NCBI GenBank assembly: GCA_019058315.1
Contig: JAHPZH010000003.1
Span: 364,451 to 428,450, forward strand
DNA length: 64,000 nucleotides
From: Candidatus Helarchaeota archaeon
GTDB lineage: Archaea > Asgardarchaeota > Lokiarchaeia > Helarchaeales > RDOG01
Direction of reading: 5' to 3'
Numbering within the stretch: the stretch's first letter is position 1; each line of letters begins with the position of its first letter. A program made the translations under genes and the position numbers. Shown piece after piece: positions 30,326 through 39,803 of this stretch. The notes below the pieces were generated by a model. It was given only the letters and a program-made list of their open reading frames with translations, did not search any database and was not told the DNA's origin.

Positions 30326-32221
30326 TTAGTAAGCTCCTTCTGCTTTTTTTATGTCTAATCTTAGAATGTCGGTATTTGAGATAATTCCTAGAATTTCATT
30401 TGGATTCTCTTCGGAAGCAATTACAAGATAGCTAATATCCTTCGTTATCATCATTCTATTAGCCTCATTTATTTTGGTTTTTGGGCTAATAGTCACAAGA
30501 GGCGAGCTCATTATCTCATTCACTTTTGTGGAACGTGGATCCTTGCCTTTCTCTATAATTTCTCTCATAATATCCCTTTCTGTTATAATTCCAACAGATT
30601 TCCCGTTATCTGTTATTAAAACACTCCCTATTTTCTTTTCAAACAGTACGTCTAATAAGGTTGCAATATTTTCATCTAGGGGTAATTTCACAACGTCGCT
30701 AATCATTATTTCTTCAACCATTTTTTCTCCTAAGTTTCTTATTTCAACAAAATTTGTTTCTTCTTCTGTTTCTAATCGTTGGGAGAGGTATGCGTTAATT
30801 ATATCGTTATGTCTTATAATTCCAGCTAATTGACCATCATCTAAGACTGGCAACTTTTTCACATCGTATTGAATAACCATCATAGCTGCCTTACGTATAT
30901 TGTCATTAATATTAAGAACTCGAATAGGCGAAGTCATAATGTCTTTACATTGTATTTTACTGGGATCTGCAGAACGGCGAAGCAGACAACTTCTTATGAC
31001 CTTTCGAAGAATATCACGGTTTGTAATAATACCTATCGGTTTTTCGCCTAATGTGACTAATAAATAATCACTTTTTTTAGAATTCATTAATGAAACAGCA
31101 TCACTAATCATTGCAGAGTAAGAAATAGTTAATGGCTCTTTATCCATAAATTCTTTAACTAAAATTTTTTCAAAGAATGATTCTTCTTTCGGAATGAGTT
31201 GTTTTGGTTGGATCTCTTTCACAAGTAATTTCCGATCAGGACCACTTATCTCAAAAATATAGTGACTATTTAAATCACTTATTGGATATTGAAAAACCAA
31301 ATCTTCACCTGCAAACCAAGTATCTATATTAGTTTCCCAATGACTTGTCTCAAAAAATTCTTGAACTTGTGAGATTTCTATGCTAATATTGAATAAATCT
31401 TTTAGGCTTACATTTTTTACAGCAATTTTAATTTTTTTTCGGTTTTCAATTAATTCAAGTTTAGTAAACATTGCAATTCTCTTAAAATATTCAGATTTAT
31501 CTTCAGTTTCAGCAATATTTGAAATCTCAAATTGTCTTGGAGTAGATGGGGGTGAAGATCTTGAAATATCATGAAATAATAAATATGCTAATTTTTCATT
31601 TTTCTTTGTAGTAGCACTAGCAAGCGAATTTATAGCATCTGGAGAAATTTGTGGCAATAAAGTCTTGAAAATATTATGTAAATCTTTTTCTATGGCTTTT
31701 CCTTCCTCAATTGTAGTGCGATCTTTTTCCGACTTTACCACTTTATAAATTGCGTGCTCTTTTTCGATCAAAATATAAAGTCTATCAGCAAGTGCTTTAA
31801 TTTTTGAATATAATGACACAAGTAGATCAGATCCTAAAAAAGAATAATCTTTAGGTAAACTCAACATTAAAACATAGGTTTCAGGAGTTTTTTCATCCAT
31901 CCCAGAACGTTCTTTTTTTCTATATGATACACCAGCAAATTTCATTGCTAAATAGATACGATCTCCAAATTCTAAATCGACATGATCCAAATCTTCTTGG
32001 GATTCAGTATCTAAAAACCAAATTGAGTGGATTTTGATAATTCTCTCTTGATTTTTATCATTTTTCAAATATTCTGGATAAGTATACAAAGTTAAATGAC
32101 CTCTAGCCTCATCGAAGAAACAAAGAAATATTTCATAAAGTGATTTATCCCGACTAATAATCGGAGTTCTTGATTCTATATCATTATTTTCAATTGGAGA
32201 TTCTTTTCTATTTTGAAACAA
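30326..32221 (-). CDS. Longin/uDENN-like plus shared beta domain plus four CBS domains
   Basis: N-terminal IFLCFFDEARGHLTLYTYP; central VQEFFE..WETNI; four CBS motifs (GIITNRD, GIIRHND, GIITERD, GIISNTD). Confidence 0.75.
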   Translation of the reverse strand: MFQNRKESPIENNDIESRTPIISRDKSLYEIFLCFFDEARGHLTLYTYPEYLKNDKNQERIIKIHSIWFLDTESQEDLDHVDLEFGDRIYLAMKFAGVSYRKKERSGMDEKTPETYVLMLSLPKDYSFLGSDLLVSLYSKIKALADRLYILIEKEHAIYKVVKSEKDRTTIEEGKAIEKDLHNIFKTLLPQISPDAINSLASATTKKNEKLAYLLFHDISRSSPPSTPRQFEISNIAETEDKSEYFKRIAMFTKLELIENRKKIKIAVKNVSLKDLFNISIEISQVQEFFETSHWETNIDTWFAGEDLVFQYPISDLNSHYIFEISGPDRKLLVKEIQPKQLIPKEESFFEKILVKEFMDKEPLTISYSAMISDAVSLMNSKKSDYLLVTLGEKPIGIITNRDILRKVIRSCLLRRSADPSKIQCKDIMTSPIRVLNINDNIRKAAMMVIQYDVKKLPVLDDGQLAGIIRHNDIINAYLSQRLETEEETNFVEIRNLGEKMVEEIMISDVVKLPLDENIATLLDVLFEKKIGSVLITDNGKSVGIITERDIMREIIEKGKDPRSTKVNEIMSSPLVTISPKTKINEANRMMITKDISYLVIASEENPNEILGIISNTDILRLDIKKAEGAY

Positions 32222-32244
32222 ACTAAACCATCTAATAAGTAATA

Positions 32245-32679
32245 TTAAGAAAATTCTACTTTAAAATGGCGAGAATATCTTTTAAATCGTTCTAAAAATT
32301 TCTTTCTAACTACTCCAATAATTATATCATCTCTGGTGACAGCGACCCGTTTAACTTTCGATTTATTTATCAGATCCCGGAACTCCTCAATTGAGTAAAT
32401 TGGCTCTTCTGCTTTCACCGATATAAATGGTTTATACATCACATCTTTAGCTTTGAGTATTCGAGGATCTTTTTCTCTTGCAACCAAGTCCCAAATAATT
32501 CCATCAGTTATTATACCCACAACTTTATCGTTTTTATCTCTAACAAAAACAGAATCCGTCCATTTATCACGCATCAATTTTGCAACCTGGGGTATAAGAT
32601 CATCTATTGAACAAAAAACAACAGTCGGGGACATTATATCTTCAAAAGTAGCTGATTTTTCAGAAGTTTTAGAGGACAT
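32245..32679 (-). CDS. Stand-alone CBS-pair protein
   Basis: DIMSPTVV, VGIITDG, AKDVM, IIGVV. Confidence 0.85.
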   Translation of the reverse strand: MSSKTSEKSATFEDIMSPTVVFCSIDDLIPQVAKLMRDKWTDSVFVRDKNDKVVGIITDGIIWDLVAREKDPRILKAKDVMYKPFISVKAEEPIYSIEEFRDLINKSKVKRVAVTRDDIIIGVVRKKFLERFKRYSRHFKVEFS

Positions 32680-32817
32680 GTTTCTATTTCCTATTAAAAA
32701 TCTATTAAACTTTTTATTAAAACTTTTCTAATTATTATAATTCAGTATTTCATTAAATATTAAATAATTAGATTTTATTGATTTTAAATTTAAGCATATA
32801 ACAATTATATCTTGAAA

Positions 32818-33237
32818 TTAACTTCTCAAACGTATGGCGTTCATTTTACACGCATTAGCATCCGAATATTTACCTATTCTTTCGTAGCATTCTGCCAAAT
32901 TTTCCCAGATGGATGGTTTATCAGGTTTTATATTTATTGCTTTTCTGAAATAGGAAATTGCTTCATCGAATTTTCCCTCTTGGACATGAATAACTCCTAA
33001 ATTATTTAAAGCAACAAATTGTTGGGGATTTAACTCAAGAGATTTATTAAAACATTCCACCGCTTTATTAAAATTATCTAAATTAAGATAAGCAGTGCCT
33101 AAATTATTCCATACCTCAGAATTATTTTTTTCCTTTAAAATTTCTTCATAATATTTTATAGATTCCTCAAATTCACAGTTTTCCATTGCTTTTTTAGCTT
33201 TTTCTTCCAAAGTTTCGTTTGAGGATGAGGATTCCAT
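32818..33237 (-). CDS. TPR-repeat protein
   Basis: WNNLGTAY..AVECFNKSLELNP; LNNLGVIH..AISYFRKAINIKP. Confidence 0.9.
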   Translation of the reverse strand: MESSSSNETLEEKAKKAMENCEFEESIKYYEEILKEKNNSEVWNNLGTAYLNLDNFNKAVECFNKSLELNPQQFVALNNLGVIHVQEGKFDEAISYFRKAINIKPDKPSIWENLAECYERIGKYSDANACKMNAIRLRS

Positions 33238-33309
33238 ACCACCACATTTTATTTTGCTCTTAAAAAATTTTCCAAATTCAGAAGATTTAATTCATTTTTA
33301 TAAAAGAAA

Positions 33310-34269
33310 TTATAAAATTGCTGATACTTCAGCTTCCAAATTCTTTAAATTTAATATCATTATCCCTAAGCTAAACTTTTTTGCATTAACAACGGAGAAA
33401 AAAGCCACTTGGGGAGTAATATCAGCTAGAATTATACAATCATTATCTTTGGAACGCCAAAACCGAATATCAGTCTCGTCTGATGATAAAAATCCAATTT
33501 TTTTCATATGTGAAAAGACTTCCTCTTTTTCTTTTTCTGCTTCGACAAGAGCTTTTAGACAAACATATTCTAATTCTTCAGAAGTGAGATATTTTGATTT
33601 ACTAGCTGATGCAATTTCTAATCCATCATCTTTATTAATTAAAATACATGCGTCAGTTTTAGTTTTTTTATTGAATTGATCACATAGATTTTGCAACCGC
33701 GTTTGTTTACCCTTTAAAACTTTTTCATTTCTTATAATATTATCCAATATTTGACCTAATGTCTTACGTGCTGTATTTTTAGGAATAGAACTTGAATATA
33801 TTTGAATCTTTGCTTTTTCCCAAATAAGTTCATGCCCTTTTTTCAATTTATTTTCGATTTGCTTTAAAGTTAGCTTTTTTATGTCATTTTTTGTAGCAAT
33901 CACATAAATTAAGCAAGAGGGATTATATCGTGTTACAATTTGAAATGCTCTCCAAAATTCTAGAATAGCCAGTTCAAATTCCAAAGAGTTAGAAGAGTCG
34001 AGTATAAATAAAAATATATCAATTCTAGAAAATATCTTCGATGACCAACTTTCAGTATAATATTCCTCAATAAATTGCTTTTGACCACCTAAATCAAAAC
34101 TGACTATTTCCAAAAGATTTCGATATTTATAATTTCTAGTCTCCAGAAATTCTGTGGGTTTTAAGTTCTCGATTTCTTCCCATTCTTTCCCCAAAAATAC
34201 ATGTTGTATTAATGAAGTCTTCCCAGAATTCTTTAATCCCATAATAACTAATTTCATTTTACATCCCAA
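33310..34269 (-). CDS. Rag/Gtr-like small GTPase with C-terminal roadblock domain
   Basis: GLKNSGKTS, LKPT, DLGGQKQF, TKND; C-terminal DACILINKDDGLEIAS. Confidence 0.8.
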   Translation of the reverse strand: MGCKMKLVIMGLKNSGKTSLIQHVFLGKEWEEIENLKPTEFLETRNYKYRNLLEIVSFDLGGQKQFIEEYYTESWSSKIFSRIDIFLFILDSSNSLEFELAILEFWRAFQIVTRYNPSCLIYVIATKNDIKKLTLKQIENKLKKGHELIWEKAKIQIYSSSIPKNTARKTLGQILDNIIRNEKVLKGKQTRLQNLCDQFNKKTKTDACILINKDDGLEIASASKSKYLTSEELEYVCLKALVEAEKEKEEVFSHMKKIGFLSSDETDIRFWRSKDNDCIILADITPQVAFFSVVNAKKFSLGIMILNLKNLEAEVSAIL

Positions 34270-34384
34270 TTAGAATGTTTTTTTGTCATTTTAGGGCTAG
34301 ATTTTTTGGTAATGGATTTTATAGTTAATTACAGTAGTAAATTTTTTAATTGTTTTTCCTAATCATCAATTTGAGGTTAAAAAT

Positions 34385-35239
34385 TTGACCTATAAATTCG
34401 ACAAATTCCACGGATCCGATGATTATATTGCGGATGAAATGATACAAAGAATAGTCAACGCTGCGATAGCTTTAGAGCGCCCCTTACTTGTTCGGGGAGA
34501 GCCTGGAACTGGAAAGACCTTGTTAGCACACAGTATAGCTGATGCATTAAATAAAAAGCTCATTATTTGGAATATAAAAAGCACTACAAAAGCATCTGAT
34601 GGTCTCTATGTATACGATCAAGTGATGCGGCTTAACGATGCTAGATTTGGTGACCGGGATATTTCTGACATACGTCAATACATTAAATTAGGTAAGCTAG
34701 GAGAAGCCTTCGCCTCTGAAGAGCAAGTCGTATTATTAATTGATGAAATTGATAAAGCAGATATTGAATTCCCTAATGATCTCTTGAATGAATTAGATGA
34801 AATGAGTTTTTATATTAATGAGACAGGTGATGAAATAAAGGCAAAAACTAGACCTATTGTCGTTATCACAAGTAATGCGGAAAAAGAATTACCAGACGCT
34901 TTTTTACGTCGCTGTGTATTTCACTATATTGACTTTCCTGAAAAAAAATTAATGAGAGATATTGTTAAAGTCCACCATCCAAACATACAAGATAAGTTAT
35001 TAGAACAAGTTTTAGATAAATTCTATCACCTAAGGAGTTTGAATTACCTACGTAAAAAACCATCAACCAGTGAACTTATTGATTGGATTGCGATTCTTAT
35101 AAAAGCAGGGATGAGTGAGAAGAAAATTGAAGAAAAAATCCCATTTATCGGATCACTAATTAAGAAAGAACAAGATATGGATGAATATCAGAGAAAGAAA
35201 ACAGTTACTCAACAACCTGGTAGGAGTTATTATTATTAA
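34385..35239 (+). CDS. MoxR-family AAA+ ATPase
   Basis: PLLVRGEPGTGKT, LLIDEIDKA, TSNAEKELPDAFLRRC. Confidence 0.92.
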   Translation: MTYKFDKFHGSDDYIADEMIQRIVNAAIALERPLLVRGEPGTGKTLLAHSIADALNKKLIIWNIKSTTKASDGLYVYDQVMRLNDARFGDRDISDIRQYIKLGKLGEAFASEEQVVLLIDEIDKADIEFPNDLLNELDEMSFYINETGDEIKAKTRPIVVITSNAEKELPDAFLRRCVFHYIDFPEKKLMRDIVKVHHPNIQDKLLEQVLDKFYHLRSLNYLRKKPSTSELIDWIAILIKAGMSEKKIEEKIPFIGSLIKKEQDMDEYQRKKTVTQQPGRSYYY

Positions 35240-36394
35240 ATGTTTCTAGATTTCTTCCTTCTTTTAAGAAAACATAAAGTTCCTGTTACTATTACAGAAT
35301 ATTTAACATTTTTAAAGGCACTTCCCTTGGTGGATTGTGATTTAACCAATTTTTATTATCTAGCGAGGGCTTTCTTAGTTAAAAATGAAGGTTATTTTGA
35401 TATTTATGATCAATGTTTTGCCAATTACTTTAAAGATGTTCCTATGACATTAACCATAGATGAATCTATCCTTGAATGGTTGATGAACCCTAAAAATAGA
35501 AAATATTTAACTGAGGAAGAATTAGCTTTATTAAAATCTCTAGATTTAGAAGAATTAAAAAGATTATTCGAACAAAGGTTAAGGGAACAAAAAGAGCGAC
35601 ATGATGGAGGAGACAAATGGATTGGAACTGGTGGAACATCTCCATTTGGTAGAGAGGGAGTTCATCCTACTGGAATTTCGCTAGGACTTTATCACAACTC
35701 GGGAACAGCAGTTAAATTAGCATTTCAACGTAGATACCAAAATTATCGTCATGATATTGCCTTGAACATTCGCCAGATTCAAATGGCATTAAAAAAATTG
35801 AGACGATTTAAACGTGAAGGACTTGAAGAGGAACTAGACATTGACGAGACAATAGATGAAACTTGCAAGAATTGTGGAGATATAGAATTAATATTCAGAC
35901 CAGAAAGGAAGAATCGTGTGAAGATTTTACTCCTAATGGATGCGGGGGGAAGTATGGACCCTTATGCTAATACTTGCAGTCAACTTTTCTCTGCGGCATA
36001 CAATGTGAAATTTTTTAAAGATTTCAAATATTATTATTTCCACAATTGTGTTTACACTTATTTATATAAAAGTATAGAACAAACTGAAAAATCTAAAATT
36101 GCTACTCAAGATATTATGCGGAAATATGATAAACATTATAAATTGATATTTGTTGGAGATGCTATGATGCATCCAGATGAACTCTTAGCACGCAATGGCA
36201 GCATGTACTATAATGATCCCGATGGAGTTCCAGCAATTTTATGGTTAAAAAGACTAAGAGATCATTTTGAAAAGGCTGTTTGGTTAAATCCTGCTAATTA
36301 TGGAGGTTTTACGAGACAACAAATTGAAAAACTTTTCCCAATGTTTCCACTTACTATTGACGGTTTGGAAGAAGCTATAAGAAAGTTAATCTAA
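35240..36394 (+). CDS. VWA-domain (CoxE-like) MoxR partner
   Basis: GGDKWIGTGGTSPFG, LLMDAGGSM, YYYFHNC, VGDAMMHP, WLNP; abuts the MoxR gene. Confidence 0.88.
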   Translation: MFLDFFLLLRKHKVPVTITEYLTFLKALPLVDCDLTNFYYLARAFLVKNEGYFDIYDQCFANYFKDVPMTLTIDESILEWLMNPKNRKYLTEEELALLKSLDLEELKRLFEQRLREQKERHDGGDKWIGTGGTSPFGREGVHPTGISLGLYHNSGTAVKLAFQRRYQNYRHDIALNIRQIQMALKKLRRFKREGLEEELDIDETIDETCKNCGDIELIFRPERKNRVKILLLMDAGGSMDPYANTCSQLFSAAYNVKFFKDFKYYYFHNCVYTYLYKSIEQTEKSKIATQDIMRKYDKHYKLIFVGDAMMHPDELLARNGSMYYNDPDGVPAILWLKRLRDHFEKAVWLNPANYGGFTRQQIEKLFPMFPLTIDGLEEAIRKLI

Positions 36395-36433
36395 AAAACC
36401 TAAAGATGTAAAAAAAAATAGTTTAATTATTTT

Positions 36434-36601
36434 TTAATCAAAGTCCCAGATCGTTCTACCTTTAGAAAATTGCATTATGAATTTACAATTTTCACATATC
36501 ATCAATATAACTTTATGTGCAGTGAAACCCCATTTGCTGTCCATTTTTCCTTCTTCTTTTTTAAATTTTGTTCCTTTACAAAGAGGACACTCAAGATCCA
36601 T
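36434..36601 (-). CDS. Small zinc-ribbon protein (55 aa)
   Basis: Manual: GGAG SD; MDLECPLCKGTKFKKEEGKMDSKWGFTAHKVILMICENCKFIMQFSKGRTIWDFD. Confidence 0.7.
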   Translation of the reverse strand: MDLECPLCKGTKFKKEEGKMDSKWGFTAHKVILMICENCKFIMQFSKGRTIWDFD

Positions 36602-36687
36602 TTATAAAACTCCTTTTTTTGTTTATTGATATTAAAAAATTAAGATACATTAATAAAAATTATGATTAACGTTTGAATTTTATCATT

Positions 36688-37626
36688 TTACATGATATTC
36701 AAATGTTTTGCTTCACTTTGAGATAATATATCGATTAAGGTATATTCTTTCCATATAGAGGGTCTAAGTCTTGCTAATTCCTTTAATTTATAATCACCCA
36801 GCATTATTTCCCCTAATTTATCTTTAAATTGACTATAGGGAACTTTAACCCTTACGCCTCTTAATTTAGGTACAATGGGGGCAGGTGAAGCAATATCATC
36901 ATATTCAGGCAATTGTCTTTCAATTTCATCTTTAATTGCAAATGGAGATATTAGAAGTGGATCCGCTGCAAGATAACTCCTTCTTTCATCTAAACATAAA
37001 ATTAGTGCTTGTATGATATCGTCTAGCTTATCAATCTGACTTAATAAAGTGAATCTATAGGGTAACCGACCAATTCCAGATATATAATATTTTATTCCAA
37101 GAGAGTCTAATTCTACTTGAGTTAATTTCGGACCTCCTGTTACAACATACGGAATTGATAAGTCAGATATTAATTTTGATTTATAATTAAGTATACAATG
37201 TTTAAAATTTCCTAGAACTATAATAGCTGCATCGTGTTCTTCTATTAATTTAATTTCCTTTGTCGTAATTTGGCAAATTCTCTGTCCTACACCCCTACCT
37301 AACCCAATCATATTATTTTTAGCACCCATTCGTCGAACAAATTCAGCCACATCGCATAAAACATGAGGTAGATGATGTCTAGCTATTGTAGGTGATACAA
37401 CTGCAATCTCTGTGCCGAGCAAAGGTGATTCACGATATGCTGCTTGGAGCTGTAAAATCAAATCTCGAATTAAAGAAGAATCCCTTTCAGGAATAGTAAA
37501 TGTTATAGTGCATTCTTGAGCTAAAATCTTTTTACTAATAGTCCAACCGCCCAAGTCTTCTATTAATTCCATTAATAATTCGTGTTGATATGCGGCTCCT
37601 TCAAAAGTATAGCTTTTTAAATTCAT
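36688..37626 (-). CDS. Methanogenesis marker protein 7
   Basis: ELIEDLGG, GTEIAVVSPTIARHHLPHVLCDVAEFVRRMGAK..GLGRGVG, IEEHD, LGNFKHC. Confidence 0.85.
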   Translation of the reverse strand: MNLKSYTFEGAAYQHELLMELIEDLGGWTISKKILAQECTITFTIPERDSSLIRDLILQLQAAYRESPLLGTEIAVVSPTIARHHLPHVLCDVAEFVRRMGAKNNMIGLGRGVGQRICQITTKEIKLIEEHDAAIIVLGNFKHCILNYKSKLISDLSIPYVVTGGPKLTQVELDSLGIKYYISGIGRLPYRFTLLSQIDKLDDIIQALILCLDERRSYLAADPLLISPFAIKDEIERQLPEYDDIASPAPIVPKLRGVRVKVPYSQFKDKLGEIMLGDYKLKELARLRPSIWKEYTLIDILSQSEAKHLNIM

Positions 37627-38435
37627 TTTGTATTTTCCTTTTTCTTTTCCTTCTTCTTCTTTTTTCTTTTCACTTGACCAGAAAGAAATTTAACTGCATC
37701 TACTCTCTGTTTAGTGCTAAATTCTTCGAAATCGTAGGTTTTCCAAGGTGTAAGAATTTTTCTTGTATAACTAGCTCTATCCAACTTTTTATCGAGTGAA
37801 TGTATATATCTTGGGGCTTTTTTTAATGTTTCTAATAATTTAATTGGAATAGGTCGAGGAGGACGTTCTAATATTTTATACACTTTATCTAACCATTCAT
37901 TTTCAATTGGATTTTCTGAAAAAATGAATTTTAATAGCTCAGGAGTAGATAAATTCATTTGAACACGAAATCCTTCCGGAACAATGCGATAAATAAAATC
38001 GGATAATTTATCCATAGTTACTTGTACAGGATCGAAAATTACTGAATTTCTAAGAAGACTTAAATCAATTATTTCGTGGGGAATGACTGATTCCCATCTA
38101 TCAAGTTGATCTACATTTTTTCGTCCTATCTTAGCCCATAAAAATCGGAGTAATTGGGGAGCATATGTTTCATCTCGAATTGTAATATGAATTCCATCTT
38201 CCATCTTTTCAACTTCAGCAATATCATTGATTCTTTTTGGGGCCTCACTACCTTTCCCGAGCTGGATTTGGATGTAAAAAAAAGGAGCTTCATGATCAAT
38301 AATAATTCGAACGTTTTCTATTACAGAAAGCTGAATGTCATTCATATAATACTCAGTAATTACTTGATACGCCATAATTCCATATTCAAAAGGGTCTTTT
38401 TCATCCACCGATTCTACAAAGACTTTAGTAGACAT
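37623..38435 (-). CDS. Methanogenesis marker protein 17 (with Lys-rich C-terminal extension)
   Basis: DETYAPQLLRFLW..GRKNVDQLDRWE, RIVPEGFRV; lies between markers 15 and 7. Confidence 0.8.
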   Translation of the reverse strand: MSTKVFVESVDEKDPFEYGIMAYQVITEYYMNDIQLSVIENVRIIIDHEAPFFYIQIQLGKGSEAPKRINDIAEVEKMEDGIHITIRDETYAPQLLRFLWAKIGRKNVDQLDRWESVIPHEIIDLSLLRNSVIFDPVQVTMDKLSDFIYRIVPEGFRVQMNLSTPELLKFIFSENPIENEWLDKVYKILERPPRPIPIKLLETLKKAPRYIHSLDKKLDRASYTRKILTPWKTYDFEEFSTKQRVDAVKFLSGQVKRKKKKKEKKKENTK

Positions 38436-38444
38436 TTAAACCAC

Positions 38445-39665
38445 TTAAAGTAAACCCGATACTAAAACTGCTGCCCCTACAGCACCACAAAATTGTGAAT
38501 ATGGAGGAACAATTATTTCTCGCCCTAAAACTGCTTTCATTTGTTGAACAAGTCCTTTTAATAAGGATGTGCCACCCACTTCAAGTATTGGTTCCCTCAG
38601 ATCAATTTCTTGTAATTGCTGTTCAAATACTTGTTCAGCAACAGAACGACATGCTGCGGCTGCGACATCAGCTTCAGCTTTACCTTCTGCAAGGGCTGAA
38701 ACTAGGTCCTGCATTCCGAAGATACTACAGTATGAATCCATTGAAACTGTCCCTATTTTTCCTTTAGTTGCAATTTCACCAAATTCTAAAATATCTTTAC
38801 CCAATCTGTGAGCTGCAATTTCAAGGAATCTACCACTAGCACCTGCACATAAGCCACCTACAGTAAAAGCATCAGGTATTCCATTTAATAGAGTAATGAC
38901 TTTGTTATCTAGACCACCAATATCAACAACTGTTGCTTCACCACGTTGTCTATCCGCTAAATAAACTGCACCCTTTGATACAACAGTAAGTTCTTCTTGA
39001 GTTAGTTGTGCTTTTAATTCCTTACCAACTGTAAATCTACCATATCCTGTAACTGCAAGACCTTCAATATCTTTTAAAGTGACTCCAGCAGCCTCTAGAG
39101 CTTTTTCCCTAACTTTGGAGGCAGAACCGACCACATCGTATGTTCTATCCCAATGATATCCAATTATTTCATTATCTTTCATGACTACAGCTTTTGTCGT
39201 AGAAGATCCCGAATCTATCCCTAAAGTTAATCCTTGCTGTTTTTCTCTTGCCAATAATGCTTTTCTTTCTACAACGGTAGTTAATGCTTCCATTCGGATA
39301 AGCAATTCACCTATTTTTGGCATCTCAGTAATTGAATACATAATTACGGGTAAACCCGTTTCTTCAATATATTTACGCAATGCATGACGAACAATCATTC
39401 CTTCTGCGCACCGAAAACAAGAAACAATGAAAACTGAATCAGCTTCAGTATCTCCTCGTGCAATTGATAAAGCTCTTGCTATCATTAATTTGAGATTTGG
39501 ACTTGCAACCTCCAATCCGAATTCATTGACAGCTTCTTTAATATAATCAAGGTCAATTTCTGGTGTAATAAGTTTAGCACCAACTAAATCGGCAGCTTTT
39601 TCCAATTCGTCTTGAACGCCACTCCATTCAGTCCCACAGCTTATCTCTGCAATTTTTATAGGCAA
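38445..39665 (-). CDS. Methanogenesis marker protein 15 (ASKHA/BcrAD-type activase)
   Basis: [57 protein letters not shown]; probable TTG start at 39665. Confidence 0.88.
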   Translation of the reverse strand: MPIKIAEISCGTEWSGVQDELEKAADLVGAKLITPEIDLDYIKEAVNEFGLEVASPNLKLMIARALSIARGDTEADSVFIVSCFRCAEGMIVRHALRKYIEETGLPVIMYSITEMPKIGELLIRMEALTTVVERKALLAREKQQGLTLGIDSGSSTTKAVVMKDNEIIGYHWDRTYDVVGSASKVREKALEAAGVTLKDIEGLAVTGYGRFTVGKELKAQLTQEELTVVSKGAVYLADRQRGEATVVDIGGLDNKVITLLNGIPDAFTVGGLCAGASGRFLEIAAHRLGKDILEFGEIATKGKIGTVSMDSYCSIFGMQDLVSALAEGKAEADVAAAACRSVAEQVFEQQLQEIDLREPILEVGGTSLLKGLVQQMKAVLGREIIVPPYSQFCGAVGAAVLVSGLL

Positions 39666-39803
39666 ATAAATCACTCTAGGCAAAATCAATTAAAAAAAAA
39701 AATTAAATCATTTCAACTTATTATGTAACGGAACGAAAATTTAATTAAATATTTTTAGGTTTCTATCAGACTACTTAGATATGAAAAAGTGTAGAGAAAC
39801 AAA

